Shown piece by piece: positions 11,001-27,194 of a stretch of DNA of 64,000 nt. The translations under genes were made by a program, and so were the position numbers. The stretch is from Octopus sinensis (Eukaryota), in contig NC_043006.1 in assembly GCF_006345805.1 (NCBI RefSeq), positions 46,934,001-46,998,000 on the forward strand, written 5' to 3'. A model generated the notes under the pieces. It saw only the letters and a program-made list of their open reading frames with translations, did not search any database and had not been told where the DNA came from. How positions within the stretch are numbered: position 1 is the stretch's first letter; each line of letters opens with the position of its first letter.

Positions 11001-11499
11001 TAATTAGTAATATTAATGTGAACATTATTAAGTCTATCAGCTGGCAGAATAGTTTGCAACCTAAAATGAGATTAAACAAATTATAATACTTCTATATTAT
11101 ATTTAACCGAAATATTGTATATATTAGAGAAAGATGATGAAAAAAATAAATTCAGTTAAGAAAAGAGAGAAAAAAAAATTGATCAGACGACAAGTATGAA
11201 AGTAAAGCAGATTTTATGTATCGGTCACTCAGTTTTACGATAATGGCTCAGAATTATATTAACAGGCGAAATTAGTCACTTAAGAAAAAATATGAATAAT
11301 ATAATAAAAAAAAAACTTAAACAATTCCGTTGTAAAATAAAACCTACATTCAAATCTCCATTAACAAGAAAAACGACTTTATGTCATGGAGAAAGAAGAG
11401 TGAAGTTATTTCTTTGCATGTGAATAACATACATGCATACATACATGCATGCATATAAATATGCATGCATACATAGCTAAAGATATGCACACACGTAAA

Positions 11500-12545
<1,046 letters not shown>

Positions 12546-13002
12546 CCGTGTACCTACCTATGTATACGCACACGAACATTTAAGCATACCGAGAACAACG
12601 TGCGAGTGTGAATAAGTGATTCTGTGTGTGTTTGTGTATGTATGTATGTGTGTGTGTGTGGGGGGGGGGCGTGGAGAAATCTAAATCCTAAAACATGCTT
12701 ACGAAGTTTAAAAAACACTAGAAAGGTTACTTACGTCAATTATCACACGCGCGCGGACATGCACCACCGCACACAATTGCACGCACACACACACACACAC
12801 ACGCACAAACACTAACACTTCGTCGCACATACATGCAAGCACGTATACACACATGCAATTATATATACAAGCATGATATATATATACTTATACAGGTAAA
12901 ATTATGCGTGCGTGCATATGTAAAAATGCACACATACCTACATACTTACATTCCTACATGAATACGGACATACATACATACATACATACATACATACATA
13001 CA

Positions 13003-13034
<32 letters not shown>

Positions 13035-13129
13035 CTTTTATTACTTTCAGTTATAGCGTCAGTCTCACTTCAAGATTTCTATTTCATAGTTATGTTAAAT
13101 TGTTAAGAATGGAAATTGTTCTATGATAG

Positions 13130-13697
13130 TATTGGGTTGTCCGAAAAGTTCATGCCGATTTTTAAAGGAAAGAAAAAGGTCAATAAATACTTGCCATTAC
13201 ATTTTTAAACAACCAAATATGAACCATTTTGTTGCACAATTCGTCTCCATCTTTACTTTAACTTGAAAATACCCTCTTCCCAGAATTGATGGGATTTCAT
13301 GGCAAAGAATTCATCAAGGTATCTTGTTACGTCAACCAAGGAATTGAAATGTGTACCATTAAGACTCTTCTGCAGAGACCTGTATAAGTGGAAATCTGAA
13401 GGAGTTATATATGGTAAATATGGAGGGTAGGGTAACACATCCCAGCCGAGCTGCAGCAATTTTTGTCTGGTTCCCAAAACATCTAGTGCCGAAAATGAAC
13501 TTTCTTATCTTCCATTTTAAAGGGTTACAGAATTAACACAGGTTATAGGAACATAAACCTTCTTCCACGAAAATACAGCTTAAACTGTGCTCTAAATGGA
13601 GATGTTGTCAAATCCTATTTTATGAACTCAGCCATGTTCTAAAATAAGTCGAAATGTAAGCTACTATACATTGGCACGAACTTTCCGGACAACCTTC
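13130..13697 (-). mobile_element. Internally deleted mariner element
   Basis: TIRs GGTTGTCCGAAAAGTTCATGCC and GGCACGAACTTTCCGGACAACC. The minus strand has the N-terminus MEDKKVHFRH joined to the C-terminus LGWDVLPYPPYLPYITPSDFHLYRSLQ...EEGIFKL (degenerate YSPDLAPSD motif; ORF 13253-13477). Confidence 0.9.
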
Positions 13698-14712
13698 AAC
13701 AAGTGTCTGCTATGTTTTTCAAGGAAATAATTTGTCCGTCATATTTCAACAAAAACTTCTATACTATTTATGATTTCTTCAGATGCGCAATTACACTCTC
13801 GAAGGCCGCTGACTATCATATTATTATATTAGTCAGACATTTTCGCCTTTCAAATGAATGAAGAAGTAGAAACAAGGAGCATATAACAATTTTTGAATGA
13901 ATGTTTTCTTTGATGCAGTAATCCGGAACCAAACCTTCCGGTATCATCCGCTCCTTTTAAGTATCTTCCTCAATACCACAAAACGCACACAGACACACAA
14001 ACACACAGATATGCAGATGTTTAAAACATCCCCAGTAATTAAGACATGTAGCAGCCATTATCGTACAAGTGGAAAACGCTTCAATTTCTAATATGTGTAT
14101 ATATATTTGTTAGAGACAAAAGCTGCGAGCACTCATCAACACCACCGAAGAAACAGTTAATTCTTTATCCAAGATCAGCATAATTGTTTAACTTGTGATG
14201 TCATTAATTTCTTGGTGGCCAGTTCATCATATGAGCTAAGAAGGTAGTTGTGCTCATACTCGCTTATATATATATATATATATTATATATATATATATAT
14301 ATATGTACAGGCATGCACACACACACACATACTCACACACACATATATATATACATGAATATATATATATATATATACATACATACATAGACAGAGAGAG
14401 TAAGATACGTGCGTGCGTGTGTTTGTGTGTGTATATATTTAATTCCCCCCCCCCCCAAAAAAAAAACAACAACACAAGAATACATAACAACACGGGGACG
14501 CGGTACATGCAAACTATTAACAGACGATCACGGAAGGAAAGAAAGGTAGGTTTAAGTTTCGCGCTATGCTTTTTCTTTTCAGAAACAGGAGACAAAGGAA
14601 TGTCCATGAGAAAAGGAAGACCGAGAAAAAAAATCACCAGTGATCCACATGTACTTATATTTTGAAATACATATACAGATATATCCACACACATACATAC
14701 AGACATAGATAA

Positions 14713-14745
<33 letters not shown>

Positions 14746-14995
14746 AATACATACACACACACACATATACATATAAATACATACACACACACACACACAC
14801 ATATATATATGTGCGCTTGTGTGTGTGTATGTTTTCTCCGCTTGATATTACCTGGTCGAAGAAATGGCTTCCCTTTTCCTGTTCTATTATAGTAGCCAGG
14901 TTTATGGAGATACGTGACAGCTGTTCTGGAAATGTGAAACAAAGTGGTGAAAATAGTACTCGAATACCGGAGGTAGAGTAATATGCTGTATTGAT

Positions 14996-15026
<31 letters not shown>

Positions 15027-15978
15027 GCAAACATGCATGTAAGTATACGTATACACGCATAACTATATCTATGTCTATCTATGTATGCATATAACACAAC
15101 ACTCAAACACCCACATATATGTTCATAGGTTTATATCTAAATTATGCGCTGTAAAGCTACAGAAACGATAGAAAGGTGTTCAGTTTGACATGGGGTTTCA
15201 CATGGATCTCTTAGCTCTTGTTTCAGATTAGTAACTTCACAAATAACGTGCATTGTGTGTGTGTGTGCGTGTATGTGTGTGTGTCTGTTTATGTGTGTAT
15301 GTGTGTGTGTGCTTGTGAATGTGTATTACAACAGAATGACAGAATGCAATGCATGGAGTGGGAAAGAGAAACATTCTTGAGCAGTAAAAAAGAGACGGAG
15401 GAACAAAACTATATATAATTTTAATACATGAATCATCACGTATGGGGTAAGAAAGGAACGAGATACGCAATATATTTATTAATGTCATATATTACAATAG
15501 GAGACCCACTCAAGCGCTCTAATGTTATTACATAAGTAATGGTTATCTAAGATTCCATTGCGCTATGGGAACTACACGGAAAATCTTGAAGTATTTAGCA
15601 TCTTAAATAGATTCCAAATTCCAAACTGTATTGCGTGTCCGACGTATAGACATATAATCGCATAGAATCACAGAGAAGCTCACACAAATATCATTAAATT
15701 GTTATTGCTTTAATTTATACGAGAATAGATTCGCTATTATTTCGGATATTAACATCAGCGTGTCTTTCCGAGATATTCTTCACTTTCTTTTGCATTCATT
15801 ATTACCGAAGTAGAAACATTGAGATTTTATGATCGATATATCGATAAATGAAATATAAGGAGCCTCTCCTTCGCTGATGAATTTTCTTCGGGTTAACAGC
15901 GGCAAATTTCAAACATAGGTTGTCTACGTATATGTATATATTTATGAATATAATATATATATATAAATATATATACTG

Positions 15979-16032
<54 letters not shown>

Positions 16033-16056
16033 ATATAATATATATAACACACACAC

Positions 16057-16100
<44 letters not shown>

Positions 16101-16135
16101 TATTATTACATGTATACACACACACATATATATAT

Positions 16136-16270
16136 GTGGTTTAGTGGTTAGGCATTCGGCTCATGATCGTAAGGTTGTGAGTTCGATCCTGGCGACGCGT
16201 TGCTCCGGTTGTCACGCTGAATCTCCCTGCAAACTACGTTAAGGGTACAAGTGTCTGTTCTGTTGAATGT
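16136..16270 (+). mobile_element. tRNA-derived SINE head and partial body
   Basis: TGGTTTAGTGGTTAGG (A box) and GAGTTCGATCC (B box). Confidence 0.7.
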
Positions 16271-16299
16271 ATCAGCTGTTCTGTGACTGTATCAGTGCT

Positions 16300-16360
<61 letters not shown>

Positions 16361-16907
16361 AGCATATGTAATTATGTGCGTATTATATTTATACAGATGG
16401 TTGGCATAACTGTAATTATCTTCAGACTGGTGACCTAGTCCGAATGCTTACAACAATTGCTTTTCGCTGAAAAGTATTTAAGGACCACAGATTAGCCATA
16501 CAACAGGTAACAGATTAAGCATTTCAATCACGGACTGCCAGTTTCTATAAGTTTCAGGGTAACTTTCATTTGCTGAATTACACTCAAGAATGAATTATCG
16601 CGCTGTGGAAACGGACTTGAAGTCATATTGATTCTTGCGCAGTATTATTAAATAATATTTCATTATCATCTTCTTGAAAACAATAACTTCAGCAATTATC
16701 TCCAATATCAGCATATATTGTGTGTTGCTCTAAGAAGAGTTTATCTCTCACGATATTATATCTAAATTATAAAATTGGCACCATTCCCCTGTCTTCTCAT
16801 GCGGTCAATAGTAAGTTTCGAGCTTCCGGTGTTACTATATTACAGATTACTTCTTACTGAGTCTCTACACTAAATATTTGTGCGTCTATTTTCATACTCG
16901 TTAGAGG

Positions 16908-17287
16908 TTTACTCTCTTTTACTCTTTTATGTGTTTCAGTTCTTTCACTGCAGCCATGCTGGAGCACTACCTTTAGTCGAACAGATCGACCTCAGGACTT
17001 ATTCTTTGTAAACCTAGTATCTATTCTATCGCTATGTTTTGGCGAACTGCTACGTTATGGGGACGTAAACACACCAACATCGGTGTCAAGCGATGATGGG
17101 GGACATCATATATATATATATATATTATATATATATACGACGGACTTCTTTCAGTTGCCGTCTACCAATCCACTCACAAGGACTTGGTCGACCCGAGGCT
17201 ATAGTAGAAGACACTTTCCCAGATGCCACGCAGTGAGACTGAACCTGGAACTATGTGACTGGAAAGCAAGCTACTTGCCACAGCCAC
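16908..17287 (-). mobile_element. SINE family B (tRNA head, internal microsatellite, second arm)
   Basis: Reverse complement of the full copy at 60796-61314; internal (TA)n at 17107-17137. Confidence 0.85.
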
Positions 17288-17377
17288 AATATAAAGGCTG
17301 CTCTTTATATTATTTATTGTTTATTTATCAATTAATACTATGCTACCATGCTGCATTTTAATAAATTCTAACATCAT

Positions 17378-17572
17378 ATTGGTTTCAATTTTTGGCACAA
17401 TGCCACCAATTTTAGAGGAGTGAGTAAGCCAATTCATTCGACCCCAATACTCAACTGGTACTTATTTTATCGATCTCAAAATTATGAAAGGCATATGAAC
17501 TCAAAACGTGAAGACAAATTAAACACCGCTAAGCATTTTGCCCGGCGAGCTAACGCTTCTGCCAGCTCGCTA
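17378..17572 (-). mobile_element. SINE family A (degenerate)
   Basis: CTGGTACTTATTTTATCGA...GCTAAGCATTTTGCCCGGCGAGCTAACGCTTCTGCCAGCTCGC. Confidence 0.75.
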
Positions 17573-18390
17573 ACTTAAAATCCAACGTGATATTGTTCAC
17601 ACACGGCATTGTTCGAACGAGCATATACGCACGTCCACACACAAACTAATTCATAAAACTCATGGAGATATAAACAGTATGTAAATGAAAATGCATGCAT
17701 GCTGGATTCAATATGTCGACTTGTATGGCATGGCTGTGTGGCTAGAAACTCACTTTGCAACACCTTCGGAGTCTGTCCCATGCTGTGGAATCTCTGGCAA
17801 AATGACTTCCGCTTTAATCCTGGGCTAATTTGTGAATCTATTTGACGGAAGTTGTGCAGAATCCCGTCTGATGCACACAAAAACATATAGGACTATACTG
17901 TCGTAAAAGTCAGATGAGGATTCTGCAACTACTTGTTGAACAAATAGGATTTATTTATATGTGTTGAGCATAAGCTAATTTCCCCCATCGAATCGATATT
18001 ACTTCTACAGGTGTACGGTGTTCTTAACACGAAATGTTGAGATGGCCGCAGAGTAAGTTGAAATGATGTGCATTGATCAAGAGCACTGCGCTCCAATCGG
18101 TCCTGCAATCAAAACCAAGAATTGTGATCAGGAAGAAAAAAACGTAATACCTTGTCCTACAAAAGCGCCCCCCCCCCACACAAATAGAAACATACTGGGG
18201 GAAAATCGGTGGCAGCGGTCCGGCTGTCGTCGTTGTCGTCGTCGACGTCCCGGCGCAGCTTGTTCGAAGCGATCGAGATGAACAGGATCGCTTGCATACC
18301 ATTCGACTTGGTGTTCGGAGTGACGTGCTTAGCAGAGCAGCGACCACACTGCGATCTATTCAGTCTCTTCTCGCGAACGACACCTTTTTG

Positions 18391-18813
18391 AAGGCGGCGA
18401 GCTGGCAGACACGTTAGCACGCCGGGTGAAATGCGTAGCCGTATTTCGTCTGCCGTTACGTTCTGAGTTCAAATTCCGCCGAGGTCGACTTTGCCTTTCA
18501 TCCTTTCGGGGTCGATAAATTAAGGACCAGTTACGCACTGGGGTCGATGCAATTGACTTCATCCGTTTGTCTGTCCTTGTTTGTCCCCTCCGTGTTTAGC
18601 CCCTTGTGGGTAGTAAAGAAATAGGTATTTCGTCTGCCGTTACGTTCTGAGTTCAAAAGCCGCCGAGGTCGACTTCGCCTTTCATCCTTTCGGGATCGAT
18701 TAAATAAGTACCAGTTACACACTGGGGTTGATATCATCGACTTAATCTGATTGTCTCTCCTTGTTCGTCCCCTCTGTGTGTAGCCCCTTTCTGGGCAGTA
18801 ACGAAATAAGAAA
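18391..18813 (+). mobile_element. SINE family A, dimeric copy
   Basis: AAGGCGGCGAGCTGGCAG head, then two tandem bodies joined at AAAGAAATAGGTATTTCGTCTGCCG. Confidence 0.9.
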
Positions 18814-19906
18814 CATACCCCCCCCCACACACACACATATACATACACGCACATGTACACACACATACACTTACACACACACACACAAATATACTCACAT
18901 AGACATGAAATCGTGCATACAACAACATATGCATTGTCTCGCGTACATACTAATTTGTTATTAACGTATTATTAGATACATATGTTGGCGTTTATAGACA
19001 TACTTCGCCGGAACCTAGCTTGTTATTCACGGTGGTATTCCGGCATGTCTGTAACAGTATGACTTGGAACAAATAAAAGAATGAAAGAATTCATATTCCG
19101 GACATTCAAGTGGAACAATAAGGGAAAGAAGAAAGGAATAGAGTGATGTTAGACATTCTCATGGATTATGCACATTTCACTTTCATTCCTCGACCAATTC
19201 GCAGATACATGCCGGTGCACGCCAAACATACACACGCGTATGTGCGCACGCATACAAACACGTAGAAACTGCAACTCAGAAGAAATCATAGGATTGGTCA
19301 ACCGACTTAGTAAGAAATATGTGCAAAAATCTCCCTCAAATCAACCATAATAATAAGCAAGATAATATGATTGTGGATAGTCACGGGTGGAATGTCTTTC
19401 ATCTAAGGCCTGCACGATGAGATCTAAGAAAAAACTTAACACAAAAGCAACACTATACAATGATGTAAACATACAAATCAGAACCACTCAGAAACACACA
19501 TACATGCATATACGTCTATACGTATGTATGTACGTACGTACGTATGAATGAAAGTGCGTACGTACGTAAGTACGTAAGCATCTTATATCTTATTATCTAT
19601 CGATACATCTGTGTGCCAGAATGTCTGTTTGTGTACCTATGTGTGTATTTATGCGCTTGTGTCTAATCGTATTTGCAGAGTAATAAAAGTGAGACAGAGA
19701 GAATGATTGATAATTAGATGGGTATGGTGGTAATTACTTTTCTATTTTGATATTATCTGAAGGTCTGAATTGTTATATTTATGCAATTTTCTGGTTCAAA
19801 CTGCATTGCTATTCTGTGAAGATGAAATAACTTGGCACTGTATATAGTTTGCTTCTGCACTCAAACATATACATATTGAATATTAAGAAACATGCATTTA
19901 TCTCTG

Positions 19907-19938
<32 letters not shown>

Positions 19939-20012
19939 TGTATGTATGTATGTATGTATGTATGTATGTATGTATGTATGTATGTATGTATGTATGTGTG
20001 TATGTATGTATG

Positions 20013-20043
<31 letters not shown>

Positions 20044-20224
20044 GTATGTATGTATATATGTATGTATGTATGTATGCAAGCACATACGTATAAATATATT
20101 TATGTTTGTATATGTATATATATATATATGTATGTATGAATGTATAAATGTATGTAAGCATGCAAACGCTAACATATAAATATATTTATGCTTATATATG
20201 CATATATATTCTTATATATCTATA

Positions 20225-20274
<50 letters not shown>

Positions 20275-20445
20275 ATATACATATGTGTGTATAAATATAT
20301 ATATATCCACACACATACATATGTATATACATATAAATATATAAGCATATATATATATATGTATATATACATATATATACGTATGTGTATATATATATAT
20401 GTGTGTACAGAGGGAGAGAGAGAGACAGGGAGAGAAAGAGAAAGA
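19907..20445. repeat. (TATG)n followed by (TA)n and (GA)n arrays
   Basis: Direct reading. Confidence 0.92.
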
Positions 20446-22574
20446 CATGGAGAGTGGTAAATACGGAGATAGATACTTACAATGATGTCTAAGAAATGGA
20501 ATAAGCGGGTAGCATTGTGCTTAATGGGTAGTGCTAAAAATAAATTCAATCTTTTCTGCTTGGTATCACAGTAATGCATTGTGAGATAAAGAGATATGTG
20601 GTAAAGAGATAGCTGTTATTCTCATTCGGAGCCAATACTTGCTCTTCATGGAAGGTGTAATAATCACCTGCCTGCTCTTTATGGCGCCATCTATGTATTA
20701 TGCATCGTCAACCATGGCCTCTTGCTTAGTCTTCCGTGTTTCCACTTAGTATATCAATTTATGTGTAGGTTATGCATTGCTATTTCTGATAATGCCTCAG
20801 TGTAATCAAATATATTATTTCTCTTAGACATTGAGCAATGTAAATTAGCGTGGTAGGTCCTTGTGCAGAGAGATATCTAGCTGTCCATAATATTTAGTTA
20901 AACCTCACTTCATTAATGCTACTTAGTTATTTTAAAAATGAATGAACGCCACAAATTCGCAGAAAATCATGCACAATACATGAATACATATATACATACA
21001 TATACACACAGATAAATGGATGTTCCTTAATAATCATTATGCGTATGTTTGAGTGCAGAAGCAAATTATATGCAGAGCCAAGTTATTTCAAATTCACAGA
21101 ATAGCGACGCGGTTTGAACCAGAAAATTATATAAATGTAACATTTCAGATCTTCAGTTCTTTAGTTCTTAGTTTCTATTAGCAATAACCTCTGCGCATGT
21201 GACAGAACATCACATATTTTACGTTATCATATGTTACTGTTGTTTTTGTTGTTCTTTGTTTCCAGCTAAGGTAGAGAGATCATCCTTACTACAAAAAAGT
21301 TTTACACTCTTCACCGCGCCATCCTTTTGTCCAGATATAGTGCACAATACAGCCTTTGTGAAGATGTAAGCTGTTTGCTATATCTATTAAGATTGGCCCT
21401 CCTGCAAAGTGTCTGTTTAGCTTGCTCAGCAAATTTCCATATATATATGTATGATTAATATATTTGAAATTTCAACATGTCTTAATATATTTCTTGAAAA
21501 TATGCATATTTGACTACTCTGTATGGATCCTTTCAAGAAATATGATAAACTTTCTTCTATAAGCTCACAAAAACCCTGACGAGGTTCTGCCCCAATAGTT
21601 AAAAATGATATTAATTCTTAGCCTAAACTGAAACATATATGTAGGTTTTTTTCCATCTGCCATTTGTTTTTGAGCTTTACTACTTAATAATTTATTTGTG
21701 GTCTTATAAAAAATTTCGACATATATTATTTATGCATCATTACTTCTACATTTTTAGATCGTTTTCTTTCTTCCTTATCGCATACCTTGTCTGCTGGGCA
21801 TGCTATATCTATGAACCAGCATCGTTTGCTTTCTTTCTCAATTGACACTGGTTTCCTATTCAGGTAGCAAGTCTCCTCTTACATAGTCACTAGATTTAAT
21901 GTTTGGTAAAAAGCTTTCGTCGATTACATCGGTCCCAGTGTTTGCCTAGTATTTATTTTATCTCATCCGAAGTAATGAACATCTAGGCAAAACATTGTGA
22001 GATGTGAATAAGGTAACTACACATCCGGAACATATACTGCGAAGTACTCTGTCCTACGCTCCAAATAATCTATCAGTCCACTACGAATATATAATACTCA
22101 TAACGCCCGACCTACTCTGGAATGACACAGAATATTTTAATCATATTCTATATAAATAATGCAATGATATCACTTGTTTACGCTTAAAAATCTTTAGATT
22201 TTACTCAATTTCTTTGTATTTCCTATTGTATTCTTTTATGCGTTACATATTCCAAGGAATATATTTATCATTGATATTTAACAAATCAAACCTATTTTGC
22301 CAGTGTCTCGCACGTCCATACAATTAAACTCTTATGAGGTATTTCTAATGATATCTATTGAATAATTGTTAAGGTTTCGCAACGTATTCCTGTATTATTT
22401 CTACATATGTGCTTATGCTGGAACGTATCCACACACAGAAATTTGTTTATTTTACGAATTACATCTATTCATATAGTCTTCCATTATCGATCTATACTTA
22501 CATAATTACATACGTAAATATTCAAACATAAATACGTACATACGTATATACTTACAAGCAAGAAAGTAAGGATA

Positions 22575-22625
<51 letters not shown>

Positions 22626-22941
22626 ATATACATATGTATGTATGTGTGTTTGTACCTGTGTATGTGTGCTTGTGAGTGTGTGTGTGCATGTGTGTGCACG
22701 CGCGTGTGTATGTGTGTGTGTATACAGAGAGATACCTATATACCGCTGACATGCAACTTCTTTCTTGGACAGAAACTGCAGTAACTTGGCCATCACTGAT
22801 TTGTAGTCATGTAGTTACATACATGACTATTGCTTATTTTGGTTCACCTGTTTATATATGCGTGAGGATATGTTGCGCATGTGTAGTCGTGGGAGCGCGT
22901 CTGTATATCTGTGTGCGTTGACAAATATATGTATGTGTGTG

Positions 22942-23190
<249 letters not shown>

Positions 23191-26100
23191 GTCTGTCTGT
23201 CTACACACATATATGGATAGAAATAGAAATGGATACATACAGATATGGATAGAAATATAGTAAAACATACCTGAACTATGGATAGAGAGTATGAGAGAGA
23301 GAGAGAGAGAGTGAGAATGAGGAAATCACATACGAATTAGAGAAATGAGGAAAAGCATTCTTCTCACTTTTAGACACACGCAGATACAAAGAGTCATGCT
23401 TTGAATGTTTAGTTTATGTGAGACTTACTGTGTATGGGATATCTCTATTTTATATCCGTATATATAGCAGAGCCATAACATCTACAGAAAAAAATATATT
23501 CCTTGAATTTTAGGCCATCACGTGTATAACTTGGCATACATGTTGGCGTTATACAGCTCAATTGGCAAGAATTAATTATGTTATATATTGAGGAGAATTA
23601 TTGAATATTAAATTGAAGTGTTTAGAACATGTCGAGAATGACATTAACTTTCCAGGAAATTTCTTGGTTTTCCTGTTGAGGGGAAGTTCAATAAAATTTC
23701 AGGAATAGACATAGTTAAGTGGATGTCATTACGCTTGCTATGCTCAAGGAACGATTACTGTTTCTCATAGGGAACTAACTAGATAATCATTAGTTTAAAT
23801 GTGATGCTTCACTTTACAGTAGTCGCAAAATCTTAGCTATTTCTAGGAAGTTGGATTGTTCGGTAGGGGGTTGTCTTTGCCTTGGACATTGCTCACTAAT
23901 AGTAATTCTAACCTATTCCTTATTTTTTAAAATCTATATCGTAATCAAGTGGGAATATATGCCTTCCTGTTAACTTATACTTTCTAAATTTTTCCATGTA
24001 TTTTCTTTCAGATAAATCACAAAATATGTATTAATGTCAAATGTTTGTTACTCTTTTTTTTTAATCAGCACTCGAATGGCAAATATCAATGTCCTGTCCT
24101 GCTTGCTATAATTAGAAGAGAAAGCGCACATTTTGCCACGAAATAATATTCATTTTAGAAGAGTTTATTAGTCTAAATTATATTTCTGCTGAAACAAATC
24201 TACTGTCACTGACCATATGATGAGAATCATCTTTGACATGAGAACAGGTTTTTTCTGTATTATATTTCATAAATGTTAGAGAAAATCAATGAATTCCACA
24301 GATAATCGTGTAATAAGTATGCTATTTCCCTGAAGCATATCAGTTATTATCCAAATAAATCAGCAATATCTCATGGACGAATTAATACTATACAACATCC
24401 AGTAATGACTTATATTTGAACAAACACAACCTCTTCTATTTTGCGAGAGAAAAGTAATGATTTACTTAATATTCATGAATTTCTGTCTTTCAGCTACATT
24501 GTTAAGAGATAAAACAGTGTCCTTCAATTTGCATCAGACTCACCTATGGCTTTTGGGTCCTATGTAAAAATCGAACGTCGAATATTGATTATTTTCAATG
24601 AGACAAGGTTATATTTATAGAAATATACATTATGTAGTCAAATATATTGACATTTGTAACTGGCTGGTACTTAAATCGACCGGTATCGTCTTTTTCTTCC
24701 GAAGCAATTTCTTCTTCAGCAGAATGCTCCCGTATAATATATGATTATAAGATTAATATAATATCTCATAAGAAAGCATTTGTTATACACTGCTTCGTAT
24801 ACCACCCTCTAATATCTAGGAAAAGTAGAATCACGTACTTATTGAGTATTCGACTATTTACCTATACTAAAGCGATGAGAGGGTATAATCCATAGATATA
24901 GTTTCCATATTAGTTATTCGCCACTCCTTTGAACTGGTTTCCTAGAGATTTTCCACACCGCGAAATTCGCAAACGATTTTGAATATTAAAAACAATAATC
25001 AACAATATAGTTTTTACGATTTATACGATTCTATACTAAAGAAACGTGTTTATACTTCAACAGAATTTAATTTAAATATCATACTTTAACATAACATACA
25101 ATATCAGTAATCTTTTCCGTACAACCAATCTTTGATACTTATATTAGTTATTTATTATACATAATTCGAAATTGAGATAATAATGGTTGTAAATTTTTAA
25201 TAAATCTAAGTCTTTAAATTTTCGAATCGTTAGAAAATACATATTTTATTAAATCTTAAAATCCAAATAATTTGTCGTCAAAAGGCAAATTATATTGATT
25301 TTTCTCGGCTAGGTAAAAGACCTGTGTTGAACGGGACTATAATTAATCGAAGCAACAGAATGAAAGTAATAAAATAAATATGTGAAAGAAAAAATGAAGA
25401 CCAAGAAAAAATAAATTTTGTCTCAATCAAAGAACTGGTTAAAAATGTGTTAATGAAAGTTTAGATTTAAAATTACATTAAATGCCTTTTTTTTTAATGC
25501 AAAATTTTCAGATAAGGAAATATCTTTCCTTCACCTGAGTTAATGCGTGATTATAAATGGCATTTATCACAGGTGAAATTGAAGTGATTGAGTTTTCTGG
25601 ATGTAGCTTTTAAATTGCCAATAACTATCTAGATGCGTTGCATGTTTGGGTCAGGATAATGTAAAGGTGAGATCAAATCTCAGTGAATGAATTGCAGAGA
25701 GATTAAAATTATATCATTACTGCATGATCCATTATTAGTGAAGGCGTATATGAATTATTGATGGATTAGGAGATAATTCAGAAAAAATAAAAAATTCTCT
25801 TGCACATTTCTGGCTGGCTTCGCCCTCTTTATTGGTTTATTCTCATTTAATTTGTGTTTCATTTCAGGCAATTATAATTTATTTTCCAATTTTCATTAGG
25901 CTTTATGTGTTTCTTTTTTTTTTTTAAATTACATTGATAATTTTATGAGAAAAGAATGTTGTATCGATATTGAACGTAGGCCATTGGTTATTAAAATTCA
26001 AACGAGTAACATCGAGTTTATAAGAAGATCCTTCCACAATTCCCCTCCAAAAAGTAAATCGTAGAAAAATATTATATATAATAAAATATTACAAATAACA

Positions 26101-26944
26101 AAATATAGTTCATTTGCATGAATAAAGACGAGAAAAACACGAACAATAACAGCAACAAAAATATAAATCATTCTAATAGTGATAAATCGATAAAATGTTG
26201 AAAATTCGGAGAAAAAAAAAATAGATGGAGATATGATATTGTGTAAGCGAGATATTTGGTTGAAACGAAATGCAATTGAAACTACGGTATTAATAAGGTG
26301 GTAATATTCGTTACACGCTGTGATAATGATTGATAACAAAATATTTGCTTTGCAATTAGATTGGAAAATAATACCGTTATATTAACGATGACGGCACCGT
26401 CAGCAACAACTACAACGACGATGTCAGCAGTAGCAACAACAACAGCGTTAGAAAATGTATACGACGACAATAACAAGAACAGCATAAATAACTGCAGTGA
26501 AATTTTCTACATGAACAACATAACCCACTGTGCTGACACCATTATTATCACCACCACCAACAACAACAGTAAAATGAACAAAAAAGCATGCATTGTTGTG
26601 GTGGGGGACCTCCGTCGTTGGCCTATGAGGATTAAATTGTTAAATCGTTTACATTACATCTATCTGAATTTACATGGAAGAGGCTGAACTTTCTACAGAC
26701 ACGTTCAACCATAACCTAATTCTGAGGTAGAATGAGCATAACACAGTATAAGAAATAAGCTGCACCGTTTAGAATTACGGGTACAATCAAGGCAACGTGC
26801 ATGCTTCCATACACCTTCTGTGAACCCAACTTCACTAAAGATTTATGGGTGCACCAGAAGCAATAGGAAATAATATTTGTTCAAGTTGCCACACAGTAGG
26901 ATCGACACTACAATTTGTTTCGGAGTCATTCAGTCATACTGTGC

Positions 26945-27127
26945 CTGCGTGGCTATGAGGTAAGAAGCTTGCTTCTCAACCACATAGTTCCGGGGTCAGT
27001 GGCACTGCGTGGCACGTTGGGAAACTTTTCCTCTACTATAGCCTTGGGCCAACGAAAGCCTTACAAGTGGATTTGGTAGACGGAGACTGAAAGAATCCCA
27101 TCGTATATATATATATATATGTGTGTG
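26945..27127 (+). mobile_element. SINE family B, 5' arm
   Basis: GTGGCTATGAGGTAAGAAGCTTGCTT...CACTGCGTGGCA...GTGGATTTGGTAGACGGAGACTGAAAGAA, then (TA)n. Confidence 0.8.
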
Positions 27128-27194
27128 CTTGGAGGAGAAAAAAAACTCTTAAACCAATATAACGGCAACAACAACCGTATGTGTATATATTACA

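Noticed and set aside
14546-14655. AT-hook-like peptide RKGRPRKK after a good acceptor (AG at 14581-14582)
   Set aside because: The nearest upstream donor would give a 37-nt intron, the downstream donor is weak and the motif is short; chance cannot be excluded.
16136-16200. tRNA gene candidates (also at 420-484, 42273, 43993, 47340-47407)
   Set aside because: A/B boxes are present but I could not form a complete cloverleaf, and they continue into repeated SINE bodies or tails.
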